A DNA stretch of 59,188 nt from Promethearchaeia archaeon (GTDB lineage: Archaea > Asgardarchaeota > Lokiarchaeia > Sigyniarchaeales > SOKP01): assembly GCA_046483985.1 (NCBI GenBank), contig JAWOCD010000103.1, positions 1 to 59,188 of the forward strand. The letters run 5' to 3'. Below, one piece after another: positions 20,671-30,751 of this stretch. Positions within the stretch are counted from its first letter, which is position 1. Every line of letters begins with the position of its first letter. Below the pieces are notes generated by a model, which was given only the letters and a program-made list of their open reading frames with translations, was not told where the DNA came from and ran no database searches. The translations under genes were made by a program, and so were the position numbers.

Positions 20671-20734
20671 ATAATTTTATAGAAAAAAACCCAATTATAA
20701 AATTAAAAGAATCTGAATTTTAAAGGAATTTATT

Positions 20735-21688
20735 ATGGGATTATTTGATAAAAAAGAGGAAAAACCGAAAACTAAGGAAGAGTTAAAAGAAGAAAAGATC
20801 CATAAAATTATGAATCGGCTTGAGAGGGAGGAAAAAGAGCAAGAACGAATTCAAGTTGAGGCAAAACTTGTATCTTCCCCGCCAGAGCAGCCGGGCGTAA
20901 ATGTTAAAATTAAGGTAAAAATCCTTGACGATTCTTTCTATGCCAAAGGAGCTAAGGTATTCTATAACCCAGGAACGGAAGATTTCGAAGAAATATCTAT
21001 GGAACAGATCGATCTGGATAATTTTGCAGTAATTTTAAGCAATATTCCAAAAGAATTGAAGATTATTTATTATATAAAAATTCTCGACAAATCAGGAGAA
21101 TATCAGCAATTTCCAAGACCTGAATTAATTGATCCCGATGGAACAAGCGAAGAGGAACCATATTATAGTTTTTCAGTAGAACCCGATGGTACTATTTCAT
21201 TTAAAAAGGACTGGGACGATTCAGACTTAGTAAAATGTAAAGTATGCGGTTACATGTGTCAACCCAGTTGGGAGGTATGTCCGGAATGTAACACAAATCT
21301 TTATGATTCCTCCCAAGAAGTTTTTCTTGAGGAAGAAAAACGAAAGGAAAAAGAGCGTGAGAAAAGAAAAAGAGATAAAGGAGCATGGGAAGATGCTGCT
21401 GATGAATCATGGCGAACCCTCCCAGAGTGCCCGAATTGCGGATATACGGTCCAATTAGAATGGACCAAATGTCCCGTTTGTAGCTTTGACTTAGAGAGTG
21501 TAGATTTAAAAAAGACTCCATCCTACGAAGAGTATATGAGCGAAGAGGATAAAAAGGCTTGGGAAGAGCGTGAAGGTCAAATGAGTGAAATTAAGAAACA
21601 AAAGGAAAAAGCAAAAGAAGAAAAGGAAGACGGCGAAAAGGAAGAAATATGGGAAGATGATGAAGGCGAAGGAATTGATATATTATAG
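20735..21688 (+). CDS. Acidic double zinc-ribbon protein
   Basis: CKVCGY...CPEC and CPNCGY...CPVC. Confidence 0.75.
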   Translation: MGLFDKKEEKPKTKEELKEEKIHKIMNRLEREEKEQERIQVEAKLVSSPPEQPGVNVKIKVKILDDSFYAKGAKVFYNPGTEDFEEISMEQIDLDNFAVILSNIPKELKIIYYIKILDKSGEYQQFPRPELIDPDGTSEEEPYYSFSVEPDGTISFKKDWDDSDLVKCKVCGYMCQPSWEVCPECNTNLYDSSQEVFLEEEKRKEKEREKRKRDKGAWEDAADESWRTLPECPNCGYTVQLEWTKCPVCSFDLESVDLKKTPSYEEYMSEEDKKAWEEREGQMSEIKKQKEKAKEEKEDGEKEEIWEDDEGEGIDIL

Positions 21689-21724
21689 AAAAGGGGGCTC
21701 TCTTTACTAAAAGTTTGGTCTAAT

Positions 21725-22408
21725 TCAAAAATTTTCATAGTGGTTCATATCATCGAATGAGAAGATACCAAAACGCTCGGATCTTTTTCTTTTTAACGTC
21801 TCCCATCCGATTCTTGTGTCTTTTAGGGCTAACTGCGTTTTATACCCCCTCATTAATTCATACAACTGGTTTCTATATTTTTTTATCTTAACCTTCGTTT
21901 GTTTCTCTCGAGGAACTTTTAAGACATTATAGAGTGCATAAACATAATATTCGATGTCTCTCAGATCCAACTCTTTTGCTGCTTTTTTGGCTATAGTATG
22001 CGTTGCTTGATGGTCCTTATGATTATTGGTATCACTGGGCATGACTAAACGATCCGCATCTTTTATGATTGGTTTGGCTAAGGAAACTCCCAAATCTATT
22101 TGGTTCTCTGCATCTTGGTCATGGATTTTGAAAAGGTGAATTTTTTCGTCTGAAAGGCCGAACTCATGAGCAACGCTTTGGGCTTCGTTTAATGCAATTT
22201 CTGCGATCTCATCTTGAGATAAATCGATATATTCCTCTGCTTGCTCTTCAAGTAATTGGTCTTCCTTTTTTCCCCATGAAATTAACGCACGGTTATCTGT
22301 TACGTAAATTATGTGAATATCGTGCCCTTCATCGAGCCATTTTAAAATACTGCCTCCACAGCCGTAAATTTCATCATCGGGATGGGGAGCAAACACAACA
22401 ATCTTCAT
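21725..22408 (-). CDS. PIG-L/LmbE-family deacetylase
   Basis: APHPDDE...GCGG, HKDH. Confidence 0.9.
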   Translation of the reverse strand: MKIVVFAPHPDDEIYGCGGSILKWLDEGHDIHIIYVTDNRALISWGKKEDQLLEEQAEEYIDLSQDEIAEIALNEAQSVAHEFGLSDEKIHLFKIHDQDAENQIDLGVSLAKPIIKDADRLVMPSDTNNHKDHQATHTIAKKAAKELDLRDIEYYVYALYNVLKVPREKQTKVKIKKYRNQLYELMRGYKTQLALKDTRIGWETLKRKRSERFGIFSFDDMNHYENF

Positions 22409-22474
22409 TTTCTTAATTTTCGCTGTTAATTTTGTGTGGACGATTTATTGAAATGAATTAAAATTAATAAAATA

Positions 22475-23056
22475 TTAAGATTCTTCAAAGTGGTGAGGTA
22501 ATTTACGTTGAAGATACGTAAGATAATTTTTCCTTCCTTCTTTGGGCATTTGGATAACATAATCGATGTGTTCTAATTCTGAGGCTTCCCCTTTGCTCGG
22601 ATCTTGTAATTTTAAAATAACGAACCCAGGGTTTTCTTCACTAATAAGCTGGGGATCAAACACTAACCCGATGGCGTGAGGGTTTTGCTCTCCTTGCCAT
22701 CCTAAATGATTTAGAATATCTACCCCGCTGAATGTATGCCCAATAAAATGAGAATGCCACCATCCAATCATAAATTCAGGAGGATCTTTTATATAGAGAT
22801 GGCTTTCCCAGTCGGCAGCCTCAACATAATGTTTCGGTTGTAATTTTACCTCAGAATGGGCTCCCACGTGGGAAATTTTTACTTCATTAACTTTGCAATT
22901 ACCCACTACCACTCTCCCCCCTAAAAATCCGTAAACTTCCCGAAAATCCTCTTTTTCCATTTTCCAAGGGTTTGCGTTTTCTAAGACGGTATCTGCGATT
23001 TGTAGGTAAATATTTTCCTTTATCGTAATAAATCCATACCCTTTCATCTTTTCCAC
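22475..23056 (-). CDS. JAB1/MPN (JAMM) metalloisopeptidase
   Basis: EVYGFLGG and IGWWHSH...FSGVD complete JAMM motif; LVFDP. Confidence 0.88.
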   Translation of the reverse strand: MEKMKGYGFITIKENIYLQIADTVLENANPWKMEKEDFREVYGFLGGRVVVGNCKVNEVKISHVGAHSEVKLQPKHYVEAADWESHLYIKDPPEFMIGWWHSHFIGHTFSGVDILNHLGWQGEQNPHAIGLVFDPQLISEENPGFVILKLQDPSKGEASELEHIDYVIQMPKEGRKNYLTYLQRKLPHHFEES

Positions 23057-23105
23057 TTTGCTTCGTATTTATTATTTAAATTAAGGAAAATTATTATATA
23101 TAATT

Positions 23106-23912
23106 ATGATCATTGAAAATTTGATTATAGGCAACGAAATACTTCAAGGACATACAAATGACATAAATTCGTATTGGATTGCAAAGAGAATTATAAAATA
23201 TGGACATACACTAAGGAGAATACTTACAATTGGGGACGATGTTGAGCAAATTGAAATATCACTCAAATATCTGTTAGAAAGAAAACCAGACATCATTATC
23301 ACGTGCGGAGGATTAGGACCCACATTTGATGATATGACCTTAAAGGGAGTTGCAAAAGCGTTAAACAAAGAATTAGTCAAAAATGAAAAAGCCTATAAAA
23401 TGATTAAAAAATCATATAAACAAGCCTATGAACGTGGATTAGTTAAACTTAAAGGGATGACAAAAGAGCGTGAGAAAATGGCATATTTACCAAAAGGGGG
23501 AAAACCATTGGTAAATAAGCGGGGTACAGCCCCCAGTGTTAAATTAAAAGAAGGAAAAACAATAATTTACTGTCTCCAGGGAGTCCCAGCAGAAATGAAG
23601 GGCACTTTTAACAGTTCAATTAAGCCCATTTTAAAGAAAGAAAGCGGAGAGTTTATCGAAAAAGGGTTTACATTTGAGAATATCGGTGAAAGTCAAATTG
23701 CCCCTTATATTACGGAATTAGAAGAAAAGTATCCTGAATTATGGATTAAAACTCATCCAAAAATAGGATTAGCTGTGGAAGTTGAAGTTACAGTAACAGC
23801 CTTAAATGTAGATGATGGAGAAAAATTAGTAGATAAGGTAATTGAAAAAATTAAAAGCATCGTTTTGAATTTAGATGGACACCTTAAAGACACAAATGAA
23901 AAAGAAGAATAA
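23106..23912 (+). CDS. CinA N-terminal / molybdopterin-binding domain protein
   Basis: IGNEILQG, GGLGPTFDDMT, GTAP, GVPAEM. Confidence 0.9.
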   Translation: MIIENLIIGNEILQGHTNDINSYWIAKRIIKYGHTLRRILTIGDDVEQIEISLKYLLERKPDIIITCGGLGPTFDDMTLKGVAKALNKELVKNEKAYKMIKKSYKQAYERGLVKLKGMTKEREKMAYLPKGGKPLVNKRGTAPSVKLKEGKTIIYCLQGVPAEMKGTFNSSIKPILKKESGEFIEKGFTFENIGESQIAPYITELEEKYPELWIKTHPKIGLAVEVEVTVTALNVDDGEKLVDKVIEKIKSIVLNLDGHLKDTNEKEE

Positions 23913-23933
23913 GGATGATACCGCCTTGCATGC

Positions 23934-23986
23934 GGACCTCTCGGTAAACCCCCACCGCCGGTGTTTAAGTTTACTTCAAAGATACC
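23934..23986 (-). promoter_or_regulatory. Eukaryote-like SECIS element of selD
   Basis: Minus strand: GGUAUCUU-UGAA-GUAAACUU-AAA-CACC-GGC-GGUG-G-GGGUUUAC-CGAG-AGGUCC. Tandem GA/GA core, 8-bp helix, unpaired AAA and an apical mini-stem, directly after the selD stop. Confidence 0.82.
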
Positions 23987-23987
23987 A

Positions 23988-25019
23988 TCACATTTTTTTC
24001 ACTTCAAGAACTTCCACTTCTGGAGAGACTCTAACCTCTCCCGCAGTTTGTTTATCGATTTTCCCAACAACCCAATTTGCTATTCCTTTCGCAGTCAAGG
24101 AATTACGAAAATCTTCAACCATGTTCTCATCAACCGCCATTAGCATTCCTCCCGCAGTTTCATTCAATTGACAATCATCAAAATCATAACCTAACTCATA
24201 GGAAAGCTGTTCAGAAAGATTAATTGCGGGAATTCTTTCTATAAGAGCCGAAAGATTTGAATTCTGAAGCATCTCCTTGGTATGACCCGCCAAGCCAAAA
24301 CCCGTAACATCTGACAAAGAATGAACAAACGAAAAGTCTTGATAGGAATGGATCGTTTCTACAACATCTTGATTCGGGGTTGTCATTAATTCAATCCCCA
24401 GATCAATTGAATTTTTGAGCTCAGTCTGTGAAAATTGTTCCAATATTTCTGGCATATCTTTTTGAAGCCTATACGCCGCCATGATTGGTTGTAGACCAAC
24501 CGGTTTTGTTAGGAGCAATTTATCACCTTTTTTCACGTAATTTTTACGTATGACCGAACCTTTATGCACAAATCCCGATGCCTCCCCTCCGATTAACGGC
24601 CAATCACAGAAAATGGTATGCCCTCCTAGAACCTTTGAGTCAACTTTTTCTTCCATGAAATATTTGATTCCTCTTAATATCCCTTCCGAAATACTGTTTG
24701 GTGCTTTAGGGTCGATTCCAAGAAAGACTAACAGGCCTGAAACAGTGGGAACATTCATCGCGAAAACATCATTAACAACATTACATGCGGCAATTTCTCC
24801 TTGAATTTCGGGTTCATCGACAATTGGTGTAAAAACATCAAGATTTTTAACCAGCACTAACTCTGATTGAGGGACAGGGAATACAGCAGCATCCTCAATA
24901 TCACCCGCTAGACCCACACTCTGGAGCAGATCTTCTAGACTTTCGGAATTGAGCTTACATGATCAACCGTGAATTTTTACTTCTTGGGTTAATCGATAAT
25001 TTTCAGCTTCTTTTCTCAT
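23988..25019 (-). CDS. selD: Selenophosphate synthetase, selenocysteine-containing (UGA at 24963-24965, codon 19; 343 aa)
   Basis: ATG at 25019 gives MRKEAENYRLTQEVKIHG-U-SCKL, in frame with the track ORF; DAAV, DVFTPIVD, GGHT, DVTGFGLAGH motifs. Confidence 0.93.
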
Positions 25020-25172
25020 CAAAACCTCTAATTTTTATTTATTCAAATTTTCAATAAATTAATACAATTAAATTAATAATTGGTCAATTTATAAATTAAT
25101 GATATTCTAAAAAATATATATATGAATTGAGTGATCCATTAAATAGAGAAAAAATATTTAAAGGTTTAAAAT

Positions 25173-25340
25173 ATGAATGATAGTTTTCTGAAAGCTCTTG
25201 ATTTATCAATAAAACTCATAGAAGGACAAGAGATCCCAGAAGAGGATATACCGAAACTCAACAGCCGGGTTCAAATTATGGAAATGTACCAGACATATAC
25301 AAAAGTTTCATTTTTTATGGAATCTTTACTTACCGAATGA
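25173..25340 (+). CDS. Small hypothetical protein (55 aa), not in ORF track
   Basis: MNDSFLKALDLSIKLIEGQEIPEEDIPKLNSRVQIMEMYQTYTKVSFFMESLLTE*; fills the gap and is divergent from selD. Confidence 0.5.
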   Translation: MNDSFLKALDLSIKLIEGQEIPEEDIPKLNSRVQIMEMYQTYTKVSFFMESLLTE

Positions 25341-25344
25341 AGTA

Positions 25345-28311
25345 TTAAGGTATTAAAAGGCTAATGCGTTTACTTATTTTTCTGATTATATTAAACTGAT
25401 CTTTGTAAAATAAATTTACCGTAATTTCATCCACATTCGGATTAGAAATGTTTTTGGAAAGATTTTTATCCTTGTTAATTTTCAAGGCATAGTTAAATTC
25501 AAAAACCGCCCCTTGTTTCATTTGCGCTTTATTAATAATCTTAGGGAAACTTTCTTTTCTTAAAAAGTTCAAATAGGAGGGGTGTTTTAGATATATTTGT
25601 AGATCTTTATATTTATAATTGGAAGGGTTTGTCAGTTTAAAATTTAGAGAAATCTTATTGCCAATGGTTTTAATATTTTTAAAGAAAAGCAGGTGTTTGG
25701 AATCGGTAACTTCAGACTCTACATCCTTAGAATAAACCTTATTATCAATTATTTTTGCATTCAATTTTTCCTTATGGATGAAACGCAAGAGAAGAGCTTT
25801 TAATTCTGAATTCTCTAACTCTGTATAAGAGGATAACAGATCAATACTAATAGGATTTGCAATGTTTAAATAATTCTTGATTTGATTAAGATAAATATTC
25901 CTTTCATTTTTTTCTACAAATCTTTTTAATTTACTGATGATCAATTCTTTGGCTGCTGACCATTTATCTAAATAGGGTCTAATATAAAGATTAAAGGCGT
26001 CATCTTTTTCGGCAAAAATTTCTTTACCAATCAGTTTATCAATTTGATCCTCCATTTCAGAAATAAAATTTTGAATTTGATTCGAATTGATCTCCATTAA
26101 TTTTTTTGCTTGGCTAAACTTCTTTTTCCTTGTTAATAGTTCGATCTTCGAATTTAAGTTGTCAAAATTATCATTGAATGCTTTAAAAAACTCAAATCCA
26201 TGTGAAAAAACGGATTGGATATGCCCTTGTAGTAACTGAAATGCTAATTGATTTTTGAGATCATCAAATTCTGCATTTTGGAATTGAAGTCCCCCTTCTT
26301 GTTGTGTTTGCGAAAAATCTTTAGTAATTTTTTCTTTCATTTCTTTGATTTGAATATCTAATTCGCTCAAATATTCTTGTATCTCAATTTTCGTGGTCAC
26401 CCATTTTTTTAAGAGATCTTGAAAAATTTTGTTGAATTCTAAGTTTTGAATAAGAAGTTCTCTAATATCTACATCTAATTTAAACAAGTTCTTGCGAACC
26501 ATAGTAATGTTTTCAAACTTTTCTTCGATATCTTCATTATTTACTATTGATTCCGAAATTGCTTTGTCTAAATCAACGTTAAATTGGTTATCTTTAATAT
26601 ATTCAAAATTTGCTTTTAAAATATCTATTCTATTCTCTAAAACATCTATCTTTTTAATTAATTCCGATTTAAACTCTGATTTCTTTTCTTCATAGATTTT
26701 AGATATAAATTCTTTAATGATGCTCAGTTCATCGAGAATTTGAACCCGGGTATCTTCCCATTCTTCAATTAAATCAAAAGCCAATCGTTTATATCTAAAA
26801 CTGTTTAAACGTTCATGAAATTTATCAATATCGTCAAGAATTTGATTGTACATTTTGTTTAATTCAATCTCCGTTTCATTAAACTGAAAATTTTCGATAT
26901 AGGAATTTAACTTTTTCCGAAAATTTACAGGCATCTTTTGGAATTCTTTAATTCTTTCTCGAAGAGATTGAATAGTATTTTGTATTTTCCTTATTTTTTT
27001 ATCAAGATTTTTAAAATTCTTTTTGAGGTTCTCAATTGAAGTAATTAATTCCTTCCTTACATCAGAGTCCCGTTCTTCTGCTAATGCCTTTTCAAATTCA
27101 ACGACAATCCAAACCGTAATTTCTTCTCGGTCTAAAATAAGACAGATTTTTTCCAATAATTCAATAATATTTTTACGTTTTCTCCAATATTTTGATTCTA
27201 ATGTATATAAGATCTTAGTAATCTCATTTTCAATCTCTACTTGATATTCTTCAAAAAGGCGTTTGAAGACGGTTGCCATGGCTTCCCGGATATTTTTAGA
27301 CGGACTTTCCAGCTCCTCGAAAATATAACTGAAAATGTCATTTATATTTTTTTGACCCAAATGATATAATGCATTAATTAGATTGGACCTGAAAATTCGA
27401 TTGCTCGTATCGAGTGACTCTATTAAGTTAGACCAGATTTGATCAAAATTATTCTCGGATATATTTACTAATGCATCGATTACCTTTAATTGTATTCGAT
27501 AATTATCGGTTTTAAGTAAATCAATAATTTGAGGTATAATCGGTATAATTTCTGATGATCTCTCTTTTCCGATCTCCCCAAATAACCAGATGATTAATTC
27601 CTTTACCCGGGGTTCTTCATTGTATAATAAATTCAGAAGTACATAGAAAATTTTATCCTTAGAAAGGAAATATATCCCTAATATTTTAAGCAATTCTGCA
27701 GTTTCTCGTGCGACATCCTCATCTTCGTCTCTTAAATTTATGATGACAATGGATAATAGAGGTTCCAAATCTTGAATTTTAGTATAATCTTGATTAAGAA
27801 TTTTTTTAATGGTACTAATAACATGTAATTTGGTCTTCCAGTCCTTGTCCAATAGTTTTTCTATAAACTCATCCATAATGATATTTAACTTTTCCTCTTC
27901 CAAATGAAGAGAAAGGAGGAGTTTTCCCATTAATTTAACGGTTAACCTTCGAACTGCCACATCTTTATCAAATAGTCGAGATCGTAAATCATCAATAAGA
28001 TCCAGAAGCAAATTCGGGCGAAACATCGATATTTGATAGAGAATTTCTAAGGAGACCAATCGTAACCAAGAATTTGAATCATTTATAAATTTTTGAATGC
28101 GTTTAACGGTTTTTACAGTAATATTTGGGGTTTTATCGCAAATTAAGTTCAAAAGGCGTAAAAACTTATATACTAATTCTTTATCTGCCTGATCTGAAAA
28201 GTTGTCCAAATAGAGAAAAATCTCTTCAGCAGCTTTTTCATATAGACCATTTGAGATCAGCTCTTTTATTTTATCGACTTTTACCGTTAAGGATTTCAAA
28301 GTGTCCGACAC
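25345..28311 (-). CDS. HEAT-repeat protein with helical middle, PCI/winged-helix-like segment and C-terminal beta-sandwich
   Basis: HEAT motifs (LFDKDVAVRRLTVKLMG, LRDEDEDVARETAELL); ISIDLLSSY...LLRFIHKEKLNAKIIDNKVY; LNFKLTNPSNYKYKDLQIYL. Confidence 0.75.
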   Translation of the reverse strand: MSDTLKSLTVKVDKIKELISNGLYEKAAEEIFLYLDNFSDQADKELVYKFLRLLNLICDKTPNITVKTVKRIQKFINDSNSWLRLVSLEILYQISMFRPNLLLDLIDDLRSRLFDKDVAVRRLTVKLMGKLLLSLHLEEEKLNIIMDEFIEKLLDKDWKTKLHVISTIKKILNQDYTKIQDLEPLLSIVIINLRDEDEDVARETAELLKILGIYFLSKDKIFYVLLNLLYNEEPRVKELIIWLFGEIGKERSSEIIPIIPQIIDLLKTDNYRIQLKVIDALVNISENNFDQIWSNLIESLDTSNRIFRSNLINALYHLGQKNINDIFSYIFEELESPSKNIREAMATVFKRLFEEYQVEIENEITKILYTLESKYWRKRKNIIELLEKICLILDREEITVWIVVEFEKALAEERDSDVRKELITSIENLKKNFKNLDKKIRKIQNTIQSLRERIKEFQKMPVNFRKKLNSYIENFQFNETEIELNKMYNQILDDIDKFHERLNSFRYKRLAFDLIEEWEDTRVQILDELSIIKEFISKIYEEKKSEFKSELIKKIDVLENRIDILKANFEYIKDNQFNVDLDKAISESIVNNEDIEEKFENITMVRKNLFKLDVDIRELLIQNLEFNKIFQDLLKKWVTTKIEIQEYLSELDIQIKEMKEKITKDFSQTQQEGGLQFQNAEFDDLKNQLAFQLLQGHIQSVFSHGFEFFKAFNDNFDNLNSKIELLTRKKKFSQAKKLMEINSNQIQNFISEMEDQIDKLIGKEIFAEKDDAFNLYIRPYLDKWSAAKELIISKLKRFVEKNERNIYLNQIKNYLNIANPISIDLLSSYTELENSELKALLLRFIHKEKLNAKIIDNKVYSKDVESEVTDSKHLLFFKNIKTIGNKISLNFKLTNPSNYKYKDLQIYLKHPSYLNFLRKESFPKIINKAQMKQGAVFEFNYALKINKDKNLSKNISNPNVDEITVNLFYKDQFNIIRKISKRISLLIP

Positions 28312-28521
28312 ACAATTTTATCTAATTTCTATTTTTTTAAGAGTCTAATTAAATATCCTAATTACTAATATAAATAAGTTTTTATCTATTATACCCTTTA
28401 GGATTTAAAAATTCTGTACAATGATATTTAGGACAATGAGAACGTGCCTTAAGGGAATTATGGTCCAATTTTGTCTTGTAAAAATATAATGGCTATAAAA
28501 AAAATAAAGTAAGAATCTTTC

Positions 28522-29064
28522 TTATTTATTAATCTGAATTGAGGCACTCCCCAAGATACACGGGCGTACTCGATATATAAGAGTACCTTCATCAAGCTTT
28601 TTCTGCTTAAGATATCCTTTTTCTCGATCTTTGTCTGAAATCCAACCACGTTCTCCAGCTTCGAACATCTTAACTACTTCTCCATCTTTCTCAATTTCTA
28701 CCTTAGTAACTGTTTTTTGCAATACATCAAACTGTACCGTTTTATCTTCAATAGAAGTTACTTCAAGTTCCGTTATTAATGTATCGCCCGGTCTTACTTT
28801 TCCACGCATTTGACCGTATACCCCAGTCACCTTTCCATTTCCTTTAACTTGCTTATCCAATAATTTTACAATGAACCCGAAACTTAGTAACCCATGAGCT
28901 ATAACTCCCTTTAAACCAGCTTTTTTCGCCACCTCTTCCCGAATATGAATAGGATTTTTATCTCCCGATGCTTCTGCATAATCCTTAATGAGATCCCTCG
29001 TCATTTTATCAAATTCGGAACGAAATTTTTGTCCTACTTTAAAATCAGATATTTTCTTTGTCAT
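28522..29064 (-). CDS. MaoC-family dehydratase
   Basis: YAEASGDKNPIH...IAHGLL; probable start MTKK at 29064. Confidence 0.9.
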   Translation of the reverse strand: MTKKISDFKVGQKFRSEFDKMTRDLIKDYAEASGDKNPIHIREEVAKKAGLKGVIAHGLLSFGFIVKLLDKQVKGNGKVTGVYGQMRGKVRPGDTLITELEVTSIEDKTVQFDVLQKTVTKVEIEKDGEVVKMFEAGERGWISDKDREKGYLKQKKLDEGTLIYRVRPCILGSASIQINK

Positions 29065-29066
29065 TT

Positions 29067-29552
29067 TTAATACCCTCCTGGTGCTATTGTTGCGACTGTA
29101 GTACCTTTTGTAACCAATTCTCCGTCTTGATTGACGGATTCTAAATCTAATTCTATAAAGAGTCTTAGGTTCTTTTCCCATACATCCCCAACAGTTGCTG
29201 TAGAGGTTAATTTATCTCCAGGTCTTACATCTTTAATAAATTCATATTCTTGACTGGCATGCAGAAGTTTTCCCGGATCTAAAAGAACCATCCGCTTTTT
29301 TCCATTTTGTTCCAATTTAAGTCCCGGAACTAACTTATAAAATGCTTTCACGAAATATGCATTAGCAAAGGCTGGAAAGGCAACTACTTCGTCTTCGGAT
29401 CCTACATATTTGGGATCTTCAATGCCAAAGCATTTGGCAAAATCGACTAACTTTTCATACTTAACTCGAAAACGAGCCTTTCCTTTTGCATCCATACCTG
29501 GTAGATTCTCAATGAGAAATTCTGCATTCTTCTTAATTTGTTCTTTGTCCAT
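29067..29552 (-). CDS. MaoC-like (hotdog) dehydratase N-terminal partner
   Basis: LLHASQEYEFIKDVRPGDKL...VNQDGELV. Confidence 0.85.
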   Translation of the reverse strand: MDKEQIKKNAEFLIENLPGMDAKGKARFRVKYEKLVDFAKCFGIEDPKYVGSEDEVVAFPAFANAYFVKAFYKLVPGLKLEQNGKKRMVLLDPGKLLHASQEYEFIKDVRPGDKLTSTATVGDVWEKNLRLFIELDLESVNQDGELVTKGTTVATIAPGGY

Positions 29553-29651
29553 AAAAATTCACATTATTTTTGATTTTAAATTAAATTGAATAAATTGTTG
29601 AATAATTCTTAAATAAATTTTTATTTATAATTTTAGGTGAAAAATCGGAGG

Positions 29652-30746
29652 TTAGATTTCATCAGATTGTTTTAAAAGAGCTCCCGCTACTGCAAAGGCG
29701 GAAGAACCTACTTGATCTGGAATATCTACAACTTTTTCATATTCATGAATCTTCTCAAAACCTAGCTCTTCTAAGCATGGCTGTACAAGAAAGTTCGCCG
29801 ACAAACCAGTTATGATTATTGGAGTATTTTTTGAAAACTGAGAATGACGGGATATCAAATCCTCAAAAAAGAGATTGTATTCGCGTTTAATTATATCTTT
29901 CTGTTTTTCATAAACATATTTTGCAATATGATCTAATTCATCCCTGGAGATCATATTTAAATCCATACATATTATCTTTGCCAATCGAGCATAGCATTCG
30001 TCCACGGATTTCCCGCGATTATCAGCCGTATCATTGGTATATTCCTTTTCCGAAATATTGTTCAAGATTCTATGGACATCAGACACCAAGGCAAACTTTT
30101 CAAACGAAATTCTTACTTTTTTTCCTCGATATGGAATAAAATGGGTAATCGACGGAATTGTAGCTCTTAACCCGCCGGTATAGATTAGTTCGTGATTTAC
30201 CATCCTCGTTACATCGTTATATCCTTTGGCTACTGGTTTACCACGTAGAATCGGAATGATATCAATCGTGGTTGATCCCGCATCAATAAGAATACAATCT
30301 GATATAAAATGTCCTACAAAAAGTGCTGTGGAAACCCAATTTGCCGCGGCAATTTTTTCATAATTTTTTCTCGCCCTTTTTAGACTAAGAAATTGGGACG
30401 TAATAGAAATGAAATAGAGTTTTTCTGAAGGAAATACTTGCTCAAGCGCATTGAGAATCGTCAAAATTCCTTCTTTTTTCGTTTGGAAAGCATCTGATAA
30501 TTCTGCCGTGATGGTAACCGCAACAGAAGAGAGAGAATTTTTTAAATCCTTTATTTTGCTTATATCTGAAAGTTTCTTAGTAACCCGCTCTAACATTTGG
30601 GGAATATCGTTTAAAGTTTTTACCCAAAATGGAAAATATTCAATATAACTGGAACCCTCTATGATTAGACCATTTTTATATTGAAGGAAGGCTGCTTTTG
30701 TATTCGCACCCCCAATATCCAGCCCTAAGATTAAATTTTTATTCAT
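29652..30746 (-). CDS. Hydantoinase A-like H4MPT/methanofuran-linked protein (MfnF-like)
   Basis: GLDIGGANTK, TAELSDAF, AAANW, DAGSTTIDIIP, ELIYTG. Confidence 0.8.
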   Translation of the reverse strand: MNKNLILGLDIGGANTKAAFLQYKNGLIIEGSSYIEYFPFWVKTLNDIPQMLERVTKKLSDISKIKDLKNSLSSVAVTITAELSDAFQTKKEGILTILNALEQVFPSEKLYFISITSQFLSLKRARKNYEKIAAANWVSTALFVGHFISDCILIDAGSTTIDIIPILRGKPVAKGYNDVTRMVNHELIYTGGLRATIPSITHFIPYRGKKVRISFEKFALVSDVHRILNNISEKEYTNDTADNRGKSVDECYARLAKIICMDLNMISRDELDHIAKYVYEKQKDIIKREYNLFFEDLISRHSQFSKNTPIIITGLSANFLVQPCLEELGFEKIHEYEKVVDIPDQVGSSAFAVAGALLKQSDEI

Positions 30747-30751
30747 AGAAT

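Noticed and set aside
23875-24171. Plus-strand ORFs over the selD 3' end
   Set aside because: Antisense shadows; the GC-rich segment is explained by the SECIS.
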